Part shown: in pieces, positions 49,730-59,808 of the stretch
Layout: every line of letters begins with the position of its first letter
How positions within the stretch are numbered: position 1 is the stretch's first letter
Source: an uncultured Verrucomicrobiae bacterium
GTDB taxonomy: Bacteria > Verrucomicrobiota > Verrucomicrobiia > Opitutales > JABDGR01
Reading direction: 5' to 3'
Length of the DNA: 64,000 bases
Assembly (NCBI GenBank): GCA_963765205.1
Contig: CAVXVB010000009.1
Location: 384,001 to 448,000 of the forward strand
Notes under the pieces: model-generated
Databases searched by the model: none
What the model was told of the DNA's origin: nothing
What the model saw: only the letters and a program-made list of their open reading frames with translations
Made by a program: the position numbers and the translations under genes

Positions 49730-50980
49730 ATGAGCGACACCGTTATCACCGTGGACCGGCTTTGCAAAAGCTACTGGCTCAAGCACCAGTCGCAGGCCGG
49801 CCGCAAAAAAGGCCACCAATACGAACGGTTCAGCGAGGTCCTCACCCGCACCCTCGCCGCGCCGTTTCGCCGCCGGAAAGCGGACGAGGCAGCCGCCAGC
49901 CGGGAGGAGTTTTGGGCACTGAAGGATGTTTCCTTCGAAGTCCAACGCGGCGAAGTCCTGGGCATCATCGGGCGCAACGGCGCCGGGAAATCAACGCTCC
50001 TGAAAGTTCTCTCCCGCATCACCGACCCGACTTCGGGCCGGGTCGAGATAGACGGGCGCGTGGCCTCCTTGCTCGAGGTCGGCACCGGCTTTCACCCGGA
50101 ATTGACGGGGCGGGAAAATGTTTTCCTCAACGGCGCCATCCTGGGCATGAGCCGGGTGGAAATCAAACGGAAGTTCGATGAAATCGTCGCCTTCGCCGAG
50201 GTGGAGAAATTCCTGGACACGCCGGTCAAGCGCTACAGCAGCGGGATGTATGTGCGGCTGGCGTTTGCCGTCGCCGCCCACCTCGAACCGGAAATCCTCA
50301 TTGTGGATGAGGTGCTGGCGGTCGGTGACGCACAATTTCAAAAGAAATGCCTGGGGAAGATGCAAGATGTGTCGAGCCAGGATGGCCGGACGGTTTTGTT
50401 CGTCAGCCACAATATGGATGCTGTGCAAAATCTTTGCAAGCGGGCCGTACTGCTGGAGCAAGGCGCCGTGAGCGCGATCGATAAGGTGGAAAGGATTGTC
50501 CTGCAGTATATGCAAACCTGCGGCACGAAATTGCAGTGGCAGGTCGCCAAAGCCCCGGCGGCGACGCACATCCGCTCGGTCTGTTTGGACGAACAGGCTT
50601 TGCAGAACGGCGCGCTTAAAGTGAAAATCTCGATTGTGCGAAAAGCGGATCGGCGACAGCTAACTCCGGGACTGGCCTTGTTCACGGCTACCGGCCAGCC
50701 GGTATTCGGCACCAATTCCGAAATGCATCCGCCCCCGGCGGGGGAATTGCCCATCCAGTGGGAAGAGTGTTGCTTAACCATTGACCCGCTCCCGCTTTGG
50801 AATGGCGATTATGTATGCTCCATTTGGTTGACGGAAAAGGACAGCACGGTTGTTCACTTGGAGAAGATCATGGGCTTTAAATTCCTCGCCAACAAGTTTC
50901 GGGTCAGATTGCCACCGATTTCGACCATGGGGGCGATGCGGGTCGATGCCCATTGGCACTTGTCACCAGGAAGCAGTTAA
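49730..50980 (+). CDS. wzt: Polysaccharide ABC exporter ATP-binding protein with C-terminal domain
   Basis: [38 protein letters not shown]. Confidence 0.94.
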   Translation: MSDTVITVDRLCKSYWLKHQSQAGRKKGHQYERFSEVLTRTLAAPFRRRKADEAAASREEFWALKDVSFEVQRGEVLGIIGRNGAGKSTLLKVLSRITDPTSGRVEIDGRVASLLEVGTGFHPELTGRENVFLNGAILGMSRVEIKRKFDEIVAFAEVEKFLDTPVKRYSSGMYVRLAFAVAAHLEPEILIVDEVLAVGDAQFQKKCLGKMQDVSSQDGRTVLFVSHNMDAVQNLCKRAVLLEQGAVSAIDKVERIVLQYMQTCGTKLQWQVAKAPAATHIRSVCLDEQALQNGALKVKISIVRKADRRQLTPGLALFTATGQPVFGTNSEMHPPPAGELPIQWEECCLTIDPLPLWNGDYVCSIWLTEKDSTVVHLEKIMGFKFLANKFRVRLPPISTMGAMRVDAHWHLSPGSS

Positions 50981-51061
50981 GGGATCAGTAGCACATAATT
51001 TAATTAACTGTAGCGGATTCAAAGCTTGATCTCGCACGGAACCAAAAGTGCTTTGTTACCC

Positions 51062-52305
51062 ATGAAAATTAACCCACCAACCGATTCGATAGCCTGTCTG
51101 CCAGGTACTTTCGCGGCCGGAGTGGTAGGCGATGCCGACCCGGACAACCGTATTCTCATTATCTCCCATGTCGGATGTCCGCCTCCCAGCGAGGGTTCAA
51201 ATGTACGTATGGCCGCGTTGATTCGGGAGATGCGCCGAGCCGGCTACGCAGTGCATTTTGCCGGCGTTCGCATGACCGAGCAAAAAATAGCCAGCACGCG
51301 TCCGATGGTGGATTACCTGGGTGGGCAACTTTGAAAATCGGCCACCTCCCCCCGCAAGCATCGAGGTCCGCCTTCTGCGAAAGGGCCGCAAATTGCTCCA
51401 TCGCCTTGAATTGGTGGAGGATCGCCTGGATGGGAAGTTTTGCGAACATTGGTTGGAAGAAGCGCGCGATTTGCAGCGACGCCTCCAATATCCACGGGTG
51501 CTGGTGGCCTACGTGTTCTATTCCAAGTTCTTGCAGGCCTTTCCGGATCCCTGCTTAAGAGTTTTGGACACCATTGATGTCTTTTCCAACCGACGGCAGC
51601 GCCTGCGCGCCAAAGGGGTCAGCGATTATTGGCTATCCTATTCCCCGAAAGATGAGAAACGGGGGTTGCGGCGCGCCCATCGGCTCATGGCGATTCAGAA
51701 CCAGGAAGCCGCTTACTTTCGGCAGTTGGTAGGGAGCGCTCCGACGGTGAATACGGTAGGGCATTTAGCAGAAGTATCCGGCGTGCCTCCGGCGCCAGCG
51801 CCATTTACCCGTTTGGGTTGCATCGGCTCCGCCCACGCTTCGAACCTGGTCGGGTGGCAATGGTTTATGCGCGAAGTGTGGCCGCGCATCCGGGTGCAAG
51901 TTGCTGGAGTGGAAGTCTGGGTGGCCGGCACAATTGGTGAGAAATGCGCGCCGGAACCAGGGGTGCGTTTATTGGGGCAAATTCCATCCTTGGCGGATTT
52001 TTACCGGGACTGCCCGGTGTTCATCTGTCCCGTGCAGAGCGGAACCGGACTTAAAATCAAAACCATTGAGGCGTTGATGCAGGGCCGCCCAGTGGTGACC
52101 ACGGGCGTCGGCGCGGAGGGTTTGGACGCTTTCCGCGGACATGGTCTGGTGGTGGGCGATTTCGGCGGAGGAGTTTGCGAATGCCGTGGTCACTTTGCTG
52201 TCCAATTTGTCTCAAGCCCAGCAAGCCGGCGAAGCAGCCTTGCGCCAGGCGCAGGCATACTTGGTGGAGAACCAACGGGCCTTGGCAGACGTATTGTCAA
52301 AATAA
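51062..52305 (+). pseudogene. GT4-like glycosyltransferase with two frameshifts (near 51316 and 52161)
   Basis: ILIISH..PPSEG N-terminus; GTGLKIKTIEAL..GRPVVTT; corrected tail DSAEEFANAV...LSK*. Confidence 0.8.
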
Positions 52306-52400
52306 TACCCGCTTGTAATCCCTCATACGATGGGTATTGTTATTTCCCACCTATTGAGGGTGCGCGCTAGGTCTCTTTTTCGAAGATTTACCAATGCCCC

Positions 52401-53393
52401 ATGCATTGTCCCGCGCTCACTGAACTTCCCCCGCCCCCACCCGGCAAAACCGGCTGGCCGTGGACGGAGGAATCGCCCGTCTTTCCGGCTACCCAGCACA
52501 CGGGCGCGGCGTGGCCGAAAATTGCGGTGGTGACGCCGTCGTTCAACCAAGCCGATTTTCTCGAACAAACCATCCGCTCGGTGCTCCTGCAAGGCTATCC
52601 CGATTTGGAATATATCATCATTGACGGCGGCAGCACCGACCACAGCACCGCCATCATCCGCAAATACGAGCGGTGGCTTAGTTACTGGGTAAGCGAACCC
52701 GACCAGGGTTGCTCGGATGCCTGCGCCAAGGGTTTGGCCCGCACCAACGCCGCTTTGCTCGGGGTTATGAACGCCGATGATTTTTTTGCCCAGGACGCGT
52801 TCGCCAAGCTCCTCGCCCTTCGCCTGTCCCACCCGCAGAACGTGCTGTGGGGCGGGGCTTGTCCGGAATTGGACCTAAACGGGATTCAGATCAAGGTGAA
52901 GCAACCTTTTATTCGCAATCACCAAGCCATTGGCAATTGGGGGGTGGGGGCGTGGTTTTTTAGTCCGGCTTGCTTATTTGATGGTTCAGCCTACCGGGCC
53001 GTGGGCGGGTTCGACCCGCGATTTTTCAATTCTGGCGACGTGGACCTCTGGATTCGCCTGGGGAAAGTTGGAACTTTCATCTTCACTACCGAAACGGTGG
53101 CCTTCGTCCATCATAACCCCAAGTCCATTTCGCGCCGCGACGAGCTGGGCGGCGACATCGGGCTCGTCGCCTCGAATTATCTTCACGGCAACCACGACAT
53201 CGCCCGTATAAAAATGACTCGTTACATCAAGAACTGGTTGCGAACTTTGAACCAAAGCCAAATTCCTGCGCCCGATACGGCTTCGGGTATTTTAGCTTTG
53301 GCACCCACTTTCATTTTGGTCCGTGCGCTCGTTCTGCGTCTGGCCAGGTTTGTCTGGCATCCACTTCGCCGGGTCTTTCGGCGGCCGGGCTGA
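52401..53393 (+). CDS. Glycosyltransferase family 2
   Basis: GWPW leader, VVTPSFNQ, IDGGSTD, SEPD, NADD. Confidence 0.92.
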   Translation: MHCPALTELPPPPPGKTGWPWTEESPVFPATQHTGAAWPKIAVVTPSFNQADFLEQTIRSVLLQGYPDLEYIIIDGGSTDHSTAIIRKYERWLSYWVSEPDQGCSDACAKGLARTNAALLGVMNADDFFAQDAFAKLLALRLSHPQNVLWGGACPELDLNGIQIKVKQPFIRNHQAIGNWGVGAWFFSPACLFDGSAYRAVGGFDPRFFNSGDVDLWIRLGKVGTFIFTTETVAFVHHNPKSISRRDELGGDIGLVASNYLHGNHDIARIKMTRYIKNWLRTLNQSQIPAPDTASGILALAPTFILVRALVLRLARFVWHPLRRVFRRPG

Positions 53394-53491
53394 TTGCAGC
53401 TTTTTTGATTAGCCAGCCATGCCTGGCCAATCGCGGTGGTTGATGTCTCCGGGCTACACTCGCCAATAGTATATCCACAAGATTGCCATTC

Positions 53492-54643
53492 ATGTTTTTT
53501 CCCCGGTGTATTGTCTTCGCCACCACCGTTTTTGGCCATGGCGCCAATGGCCCGGAAACCTATGCGCGCTATTTATGGGACGGCTTTCGCGACGACCCGG
53601 AGATAGAATTCCACCTCGTCGCCCCGGACTTCCCTGGTGCGCACCCCCGCTGGCATCCGGCGGGCCGCGGCGTCAACTCCCTCGATTTATACCGGCGCGT
53701 CGCGCAAACGATACTGCAAACCGCGCGGCAGCTCGGCGTTTCTGGAAAAAAGCCGCTTTTGCACGTGAACAGTTCCAACCTCCATTCTTCATTGCTGGCC
53801 TACGACGGACTGCTCTGGGGCCAGGTCAATGATTACGAAAACGCAGACTGGTGGCGCAACGCGGGTGAAACGGTGCGCTGCGCGGGCTGGCGGCGGTTTT
53901 TCGCCCTCGCCCGGCGGCGCTGGCTCGAACGCCGGTTGCTGGCCCGTCAGGACTTGTCCCTCTGCAATTCCGATTTTACGCGCAAAAAAATCCTGGCGGA
54001 ATACCGGCTGCCGCACCCGGAGCGCGTCATCACGCTGCACAAAGCCGTGGACTTGGAATATTTCCGCCGGCCGCTGCCCTGTCCGACCGACCCGCTGGCC
54101 CGCCCCGCCTCCGCGCGCCGGTTTGTGTTCGTCGGCAGCGACATCGTTCGCAAGGGTTTGGACGTTTTATTGCAGGCCGTCGCGTGGCTGCCCGCAGATT
54201 TTAACTGGCATCTCACGGTTGTTGGCGCCACGCACGCCCAAGCAGCCCAGGCGTTTCCCGCGTTGCCTATACCTGCCAGTATGCAGCGCGTCATCTTTGC
54301 CGGAACCGTCGAGAAAGAACCATTGCGCCGGATTTTGTGGAATTCCGATGTGTTTGTGTTGCCCTCCCGTGCGGAGGCCTTGGGCGTGGCGTTGCTCGAG
54401 GCGCTGTCCGCCGGCTTGCCGGTCGTGGCCGCGCAGGTCGGCGGCATTCCTGAAATCGTCCAAAATCCCGCCGCCGGAATATTGGTGCCGCCGGATGACC
54501 CCGTTCTCCTCGCGCAAGCCTTGCGCGACAGCCAACCTTGGCCTGGGGGCCAGCCGCCGGCGGCGGTGCGGAAAATCCTCGAATATTTTTCCACCCGGGC
54601 CATGATCACCCGTTTACGCAACCTTTATTTGCAGGCGGTGTGA
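53492..54643 (+). CDS. Glycosyltransferase family 4
   Basis: NSDFT, FVG..RKG, PSRAEALGVALLEALSAGLPVV. Confidence 0.88.
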   Translation: MFFPRCIVFATTVFGHGANGPETYARYLWDGFRDDPEIEFHLVAPDFPGAHPRWHPAGRGVNSLDLYRRVAQTILQTARQLGVSGKKPLLHVNSSNLHSSLLAYDGLLWGQVNDYENADWWRNAGETVRCAGWRRFFALARRRWLERRLLARQDLSLCNSDFTRKKILAEYRLPHPERVITLHKAVDLEYFRRPLPCPTDPLARPASARRFVFVGSDIVRKGLDVLLQAVAWLPADFNWHLTVVGATHAQAAQAFPALPIPASMQRVIFAGTVEKEPLRRILWNSDVFVLPSRAEALGVALLEALSAGLPVVAAQVGGIPEIVQNPAAGILVPPDDPVLLAQALRDSQPWPGGQPPAAVRKILEYFSTRAMITRLRNLYLQAV

Positions 54644-54661
54644 CCGCCTGGCCGGTATCCC

Positions 54662-55750
54662 ATGCTTTCCATCATCGTCCCGACCTACCGGGAGGCGGAG
54701 AACATTCTTCCGCTCGTGCAACGCATCCGCGCCACGCTCGACGCGCAAGGTGGTTATGAGATTGTGTTTGTGGATGACAACAGTGCGGATGGCACCGAGG
54801 CCCGCGTCGAGGAACTGCGCCAGGCCGGCGCGCCGGTGCGCCTGATTGTGCGCCAGACCGAGCGCGGCCTCAGCAGCGCCATTCTGCACGGCTTTCGGCA
54901 GGCCCGTGGCGATTTGCTCCTCTGCATGGACGCGGACATGAGCCATCCCCCCGAATCCATCCCCGCCCTCTTGCGGGCGCTCACCGAACAGCAGGCCGAC
55001 TTGGTCGTGGGCAGCCGTTACGTCAAAGGTGGTGGTATCGAGAAAGGGTGGGGGCTGTATCGTTGGTTGAACAGCCAGGTTGCGCTTTGGCTGGCGCGGC
55101 CCCTGTCCCGCGTGCGCGATTCGGGCGCCGGGTTCTTTCTCCTGCCCCGCCGGATTTTTGAGCAAGGAAAAAACCTGAACCCCATCGGCTACAAAGCACT
55201 CCTCGAGGTCAGCGTCAAATGCCCCTGCCGGAAAGTGGTGGAAGTGCCGATTCAATTTGCCGACCGCAAATTCGGCCAGAGCAAGTTGAACCTCCGGGAG
55301 CAGTTGCTGTATCTGCTGCACCTCAAGCGCCTCTATGATTACAAATTCGAGCGGGCCTCCCGCTTGGTCCAGTTTTGTGCGATAGGCGCCTCGGGTGTAG
55401 TGGTGAATTTGCTCGTTTTTGCCGGGCTGCAAAAACTGGGGTTGCCGCCCAAGGCCGCCTACGCCCTGGCCATCGGCGTGGCGATGACTTGGAATTTTCT
55501 GCCCAACCGCTATCTGACTTTCGACCTGACCACCCACCACCCGGTGCTGCCGCAGTATGGGCGCTTCGTGTTGACGTGCCTCGCCGGTGCGTTGGTCAAT
55601 TGGTGGGTCACGTTTGCCCTGGCGCAGGAAGCTCCCTGGTTTGGCGCGCATATCTACCGGTCGGCGTTAGCGGGGATTGGCGCCGGAGCCATAATCAATT
55701 TCGCCGTTACCCACGTCTGGGCCTTCGGCGCCGGCCGCGCGCATGAATAA
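54662..55750 (+). CDS. Polyprenol-phosphate glycosyltransferase (GT2) fused to a GtrA-like domain
   Basis: SIIVPTYRE, VDDNS.DGT, MDADMSHPP, GSRY; four C-terminal TM helices with WNF..NR..TF. Confidence 0.88.
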   Translation: MLSIIVPTYREAENILPLVQRIRATLDAQGGYEIVFVDDNSADGTEARVEELRQAGAPVRLIVRQTERGLSSAILHGFRQARGDLLLCMDADMSHPPESIPALLRALTEQQADLVVGSRYVKGGGIEKGWGLYRWLNSQVALWLARPLSRVRDSGAGFFLLPRRIFEQGKNLNPIGYKALLEVSVKCPCRKVVEVPIQFADRKFGQSKLNLREQLLYLLHLKRLYDYKFERASRLVQFCAIGASGVVVNLLVFAGLQKLGLPPKAAYALAIGVAMTWNFLPNRYLTFDLTTHHPVLPQYGRFVLTCLAGALVNWWVTFALAQEAPWFGAHIYRSALAGIGAGAIINFAVTHVWAFGAGRAHE

Positions 55751-55768
55751 CTTGCGAAGGCACTCTTT

Positions 55769-57208
55769 ATGATCGCCACCCACCCATCGCAGGGCATTTG
55801 GCTGTGGAAGGTTTTTTTCTGCGCGGCGATTTTCCGCCTGATTTTTTTGATCTGGGGTTGGACAGCCTGGCATGCCGAGCCCCAGGATGGGATGAGCCAG
55901 CTCTATTTTCGGCAGGGCTATGGGCTGGCGGCTGGTTACGGCTACGTGTCCCCGCAAGGTGCGGGTGGCGCCCAACTCAAGGCCTTATATAATCTGGTCA
56001 CTTCCCAGGGTCTGGTGGCCACGCCGCAATCGGCCCCGCCCCTGCCCGCGGGTGATGTCCACTTCGAAATGCTGCACCCACCCGGTCTCGCTCTTCTGAT
56101 TGCCGGGTTGCATCGTTTGGTCAGGGGGCCGGCCGAATTGCCGGTGGAAGTGGCGGGCCTGTTCTTGGATTCGCTCGCGGCGGTGTTGTTCGGTTGGCTG
56201 GTATCTGAAGCGTTCACTCCCGGGATTGGGTATGCGGCCGGGTTGGTTTACGCCTTTTTCCCGCCGGCTGCTTATGGGGCCACCACGGCCCGGGCACCTG
56301 AGGGGTTGATGGCCGCCTTCATTGTTGGTGCCACCGCTTGCGTCTGGCTGGCGATGACCCGCGGGCAACAGCGCTGGTTTCAGTGGTGCGGCTTGGGCGG
56401 CTTGGTGCTGGGTGTGGGCTGCGCCTTCCGGCCGGATTATTTGTTGTTGCCCGTGGCCCTGGGGTTTGGCGCCTGGATGATGTCCCGCCGGTTTTGGGTT
56501 TCAGTGCGCAACTTGGTAGTCATGCAAATAATTGCGTTGGCGGTTATGGTTCCCTGGGCCTTGCGCAACCATGCTTTGTGCGGCCGGTGGATTTTTACTT
56601 CGACCAGTGTGGGTGCCACACTCATTACCGGTTTGGGCGAATATCATAATCCTTGGGGATTTGGATCTTCCGACACCGACCGCGCCCAGCAAGCCGCCGC
56701 GCAGGGAGTGGCCAGCCCCTGGGATCCCGCTGCCGATGCCTACTTCCGCAAGCTGTTTTGGCAATCGGTGGAAGAAAATCCCGCGGGCTATCTCATGACC
56801 ATCGTGAAACGGATACCCTTGGCCGTGGCGCCGCCGTTGGACGTGGGCTTTCAGAACCCTTACAAAGACAATACCATCGAGCAAATTCGGAAGCAAAAAA
56901 ACCTGGATCGCTATGATCTGTTGCGCGCCCAACCCGGTCATCTGCTGCTAGCCTATGGGGACGTGCTTGCCGCTGCTGGAGTCTGTTTGGCGGCCCTGCT
57001 GGCTGATGCTTTCATGTTTTGGCGCGAGCGGCGCCGCTGGGGCCTCTGCTTATTTCTGCTGTGCCCCCACCTTTACAGCGTCGGCACCCATCTGCTGGCC
57101 CATTTTGAGCCGCGCTTTTTGCTCCCCAGCATTTGGTCGTTGCTCATCGGCTTGGCCTATGTATTTGGCCGCCCTAGCCTTTCGCGCGGGCCGGCTTCGA
57201 TAAAATGA
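55769..57208 (+). CDS. GT-C (ArnT/PMT-like) membrane glycosyltransferase
   Basis: HPPG, PE, RP, PWALRN and EPRFLLP motifs with multiple TM helices. Confidence 0.75.
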   Translation: MIATHPSQGIWLWKVFFCAAIFRLIFLIWGWTAWHAEPQDGMSQLYFRQGYGLAAGYGYVSPQGAGGAQLKALYNLVTSQGLVATPQSAPPLPAGDVHFEMLHPPGLALLIAGLHRLVRGPAELPVEVAGLFLDSLAAVLFGWLVSEAFTPGIGYAAGLVYAFFPPAAYGATTARAPEGLMAAFIVGATACVWLAMTRGQQRWFQWCGLGGLVLGVGCAFRPDYLLLPVALGFGAWMMSRRFWVSVRNLVVMQIIALAVMVPWALRNHALCGRWIFTSTSVGATLITGLGEYHNPWGFGSSDTDRAQQAAAQGVASPWDPAADAYFRKLFWQSVEENPAGYLMTIVKRIPLAVAPPLDVGFQNPYKDNTIEQIRKQKNLDRYDLLRAQPGHLLLAYGDVLAAAGVCLAALLADAFMFWRERRRWGLCLFLLCPHLYSVGTHLLAHFEPRFLLPSIWSLLIGLAYVFGRPSLSRGPASIK

Positions 57209-57269
57209 GGTTGTCTTTGGCCTCCATTCTTGAATAATTGGCCCTTTACCCCAGCACGGCTCCACTCTC

Positions 57270-58598
57270 ATGTCCTCCTCCCCCGGCAGCGCGACTCGTC
57301 ATGGCATCGGCAAAGTTGACCGATGGATCGTCCACTATTTGACCTTCTGCTCGTTTATATTCGGGGGTACCTACATTGCCACCTATTGCTATCACCAGAG
57401 TTCATTGGTTCAGTATATCTCCATGCTGATTGGCGCCGTGCTTCTGGTAAAGATGCTGATTCTCCCGCCATCCCACGGAGGAATAAGCGGGCGTGCCACG
57501 GTTATAATATCCCTGCTCATGGTCGTGGCGCTCTTCAACATGGTTGTTTCCTGGGATCCGGTCGAGAGTTCCCTGCGTTGGGTATTCTGGCTCGGCATTG
57601 TGATTTGTTTGGCTCGTGTGGTGGGGGCCAGCGATGGCTCCTGGGTGGAGGCCACCATCCAGCGGCTCCCTTACCTTTTCACCTTTCTGTATCTCACCGA
57701 CGTGGTGGCCGGCCATTACGCCACGGACGACAATAGCTTGCGTTCCGCCCTTCACTTGTCGGGGTTGTATGGCAACCTCATTTTGGCCTCCGGTTTGTTT
57801 GCCCAGAAACTTTGGCAGCGGGCCTTATGGTCTGGGGTCGGGCTGGTGGCCATCTTCTTATCCGGCGCGGGCGGGGCGTTGTTTACCATTCCCATCATGT
57901 TCGTTCCGTATATTCTCTACAGCGCCACCAGCATGCCGGTGAAAGGCATTGCCATCGCCGGCATGTTGATGTTTGGCGGCCTCTTTTTCTTCAAGTCGCA
58001 GTTATTCGACCAGTTTTTGGATATCAAGCTCCAAATCACCCCGGCGGAGGAAGGCAGTTACAATGGCCTCGACCGCCTTGAGCGATCGAAGGACATGCGC
58101 CTGCAACTGGTCGAATACGGTTTTTTGCTGGCCATGCAGAATCCCCTGGGCACTGGCTTGGGCCATACCTATTCAGAATTGATTTCCGGCGAAATGGGCG
58201 TCTCCCATGTGCATAACGGCACCCTCACCATGATCATCGAGCTGGGCTTTCCCGGTTTTGCGGTGGTGGCCTGTTTGGTGCTTTGGATTTTCGCAAGCAT
58301 ATTGCGCAGCCCCTCCGTCGGCAAGCAGGTCAAGGCGTTTTACTTCACCTATTTTTTCACGATCTTCGGCCGGTCCCTGTCCGAAAATTACACCTTTTTC
58401 GACTTGGGTAATTTTTTCAATATCGTATTTTTAATTTTTACGGCTTACCTTTTTCTCTACCAACGCTCGCCGCAGGCAGTTCCGCCCGGGCCGAGTCGTC
58501 CGGCCTTCCGCCCCCGGCCCATGATGCTGCCTCCTCCGCGCTGGCCCATGCCACCCCCGGGGGCGCGCCCGCCGCCCCGCTCGGTTCCCGCCCATTGA
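57270..58598 (+). CDS. Wzy/O-antigen-ligase-like membrane protein
   Basis: About 11 TM helices; NPLGTGLG, HNG...IELG.PG; Pro-rich tail. Confidence 0.75.
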   Translation: MSSSPGSATRHGIGKVDRWIVHYLTFCSFIFGGTYIATYCYHQSSLVQYISMLIGAVLLVKMLILPPSHGGISGRATVIISLLMVVALFNMVVSWDPVESSLRWVFWLGIVICLARVVGASDGSWVEATIQRLPYLFTFLYLTDVVAGHYATDDNSLRSALHLSGLYGNLILASGLFAQKLWQRALWSGVGLVAIFLSGAGGALFTIPIMFVPYILYSATSMPVKGIAIAGMLMFGGLFFFKSQLFDQFLDIKLQITPAEEGSYNGLDRLERSKDMRLQLVEYGFLLAMQNPLGTGLGHTYSELISGEMGVSHVHNGTLTMIIELGFPGFAVVACLVLWIFASILRSPSVGKQVKAFYFTYFFTIFGRSLSENYTFFDLGNFFNIVFLIFTAYLFLYQRSPQAVPPGPSRPAFRPRPMMLPPPRWPMPPPGARPPPRSVPAH

Positions 58599-58665
58599 TT
58601 CGATCCCGTTGGTTTCGCGTGCGTTGGAGCCGGCCCCTGCGGCCCGGCTTCCTTTACCAAGTTTA

Positions 58666-59743
58666 ATGACTATGAGCGCAGAGCCTGCCGCCTGCCCGCG
58701 TGCCCGCCTCCTTTACCTGTCCATTAACGACGGCTCAGACACACGGATTAACAAGGAAATTGCAACGCTGAGCCGGAAGTTTGCCATTGATTTCGTCGGC
58801 ATCGCCCCGCCGGACGCCCGCCCGTTTATCACCGGGCAGGTTTGCCGCGTTGAACTTATTCACGGCCGCCGCCGGTCCATGCGGCCCCTGGCCCAGCTTT
58901 GGTGGCGGGTGCTGAAGCTTCTGGCGCACAACCGTTACGACTCGGTGCATGTGATTAATGAGAACTTATATTTGCTGCTCTGGCCCTTGTTACTGGGCCA
59001 GCGCGTGGTGCTGGATGTGTTCGATTCCTGGTTCTTGAAATCCCGGATGTCCGGCTGGCTGGTTGGGTTGGGCCAGCGCCTCAGCTACGCTCTGCCGGCG
59101 AAAATCATTGTCACGGACGATGAACGCGCGGGTCTAATGCCGGAGTTTACACGCCCCAAGCTGGTCATTATTCCCAATTATCCCTTCCGCTACACCGGGC
59201 CGCACCAGGCGCGGGATGCGGCCATCGTCCGCGTGCTCTATGCCGGCTCGTTGTCCGCGCGCCGCGGCACGGAATTCGTGGCCCGTCTGCTCGCGGCGGC
59301 CGGCGATGTCCATGTGGTCATGGCCGGCTGGATTCGCGACCAGCCGACGCAAGACTTGTGCGCGCACCCGCGGGTCGAATGGCTCGGCATTCTTCCCCAA
59401 CAGGAAATCATCGCGCACGCCACGCGCTGTAATTTCATCCTTTGCCATTATGAGCCGGTGATTGCAAACAACATCTATGCCAGCCCCAACAAAATCTACG
59501 ATGCCATTCAGGCCGGTTGCGCGGTCATCATCAACCCTGAAGTGCGGGTCTCCCGCTTTGTGCGCGAGCACGATCTGGGTGTCATCCTTGACGCTTACGA
59601 GCCGTCCGATATGAAAGCAGTCACCCAAGCCCTCCGCGACTTTCAGGCCCGTTATCGGCTCGGACCCCACCCTGCGCGAACGATTTTTATGGGAATCCGT
59701 CGAGGACCGGCTCCTCGCCGCCCATCACCCCTCCGCTGCTTGA
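58666..59743 (+). pseudogene. GT4-like glycosyltransferase; frameshift near 59662 creates an artefactual read-through
   Basis: DTRINKE, YAGSL, ASPNKIYD; corrected tail DPTLRERFLWESVEDRLL...* ends at 59743. Confidence 0.75.
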
Positions 59744-59808
59744 ACTTTGCGCCCGGGATTGTAATTCCGCCTCCCGCGGCCCGAGGATGCCGGGCCACCA
59801 TCCGTTCC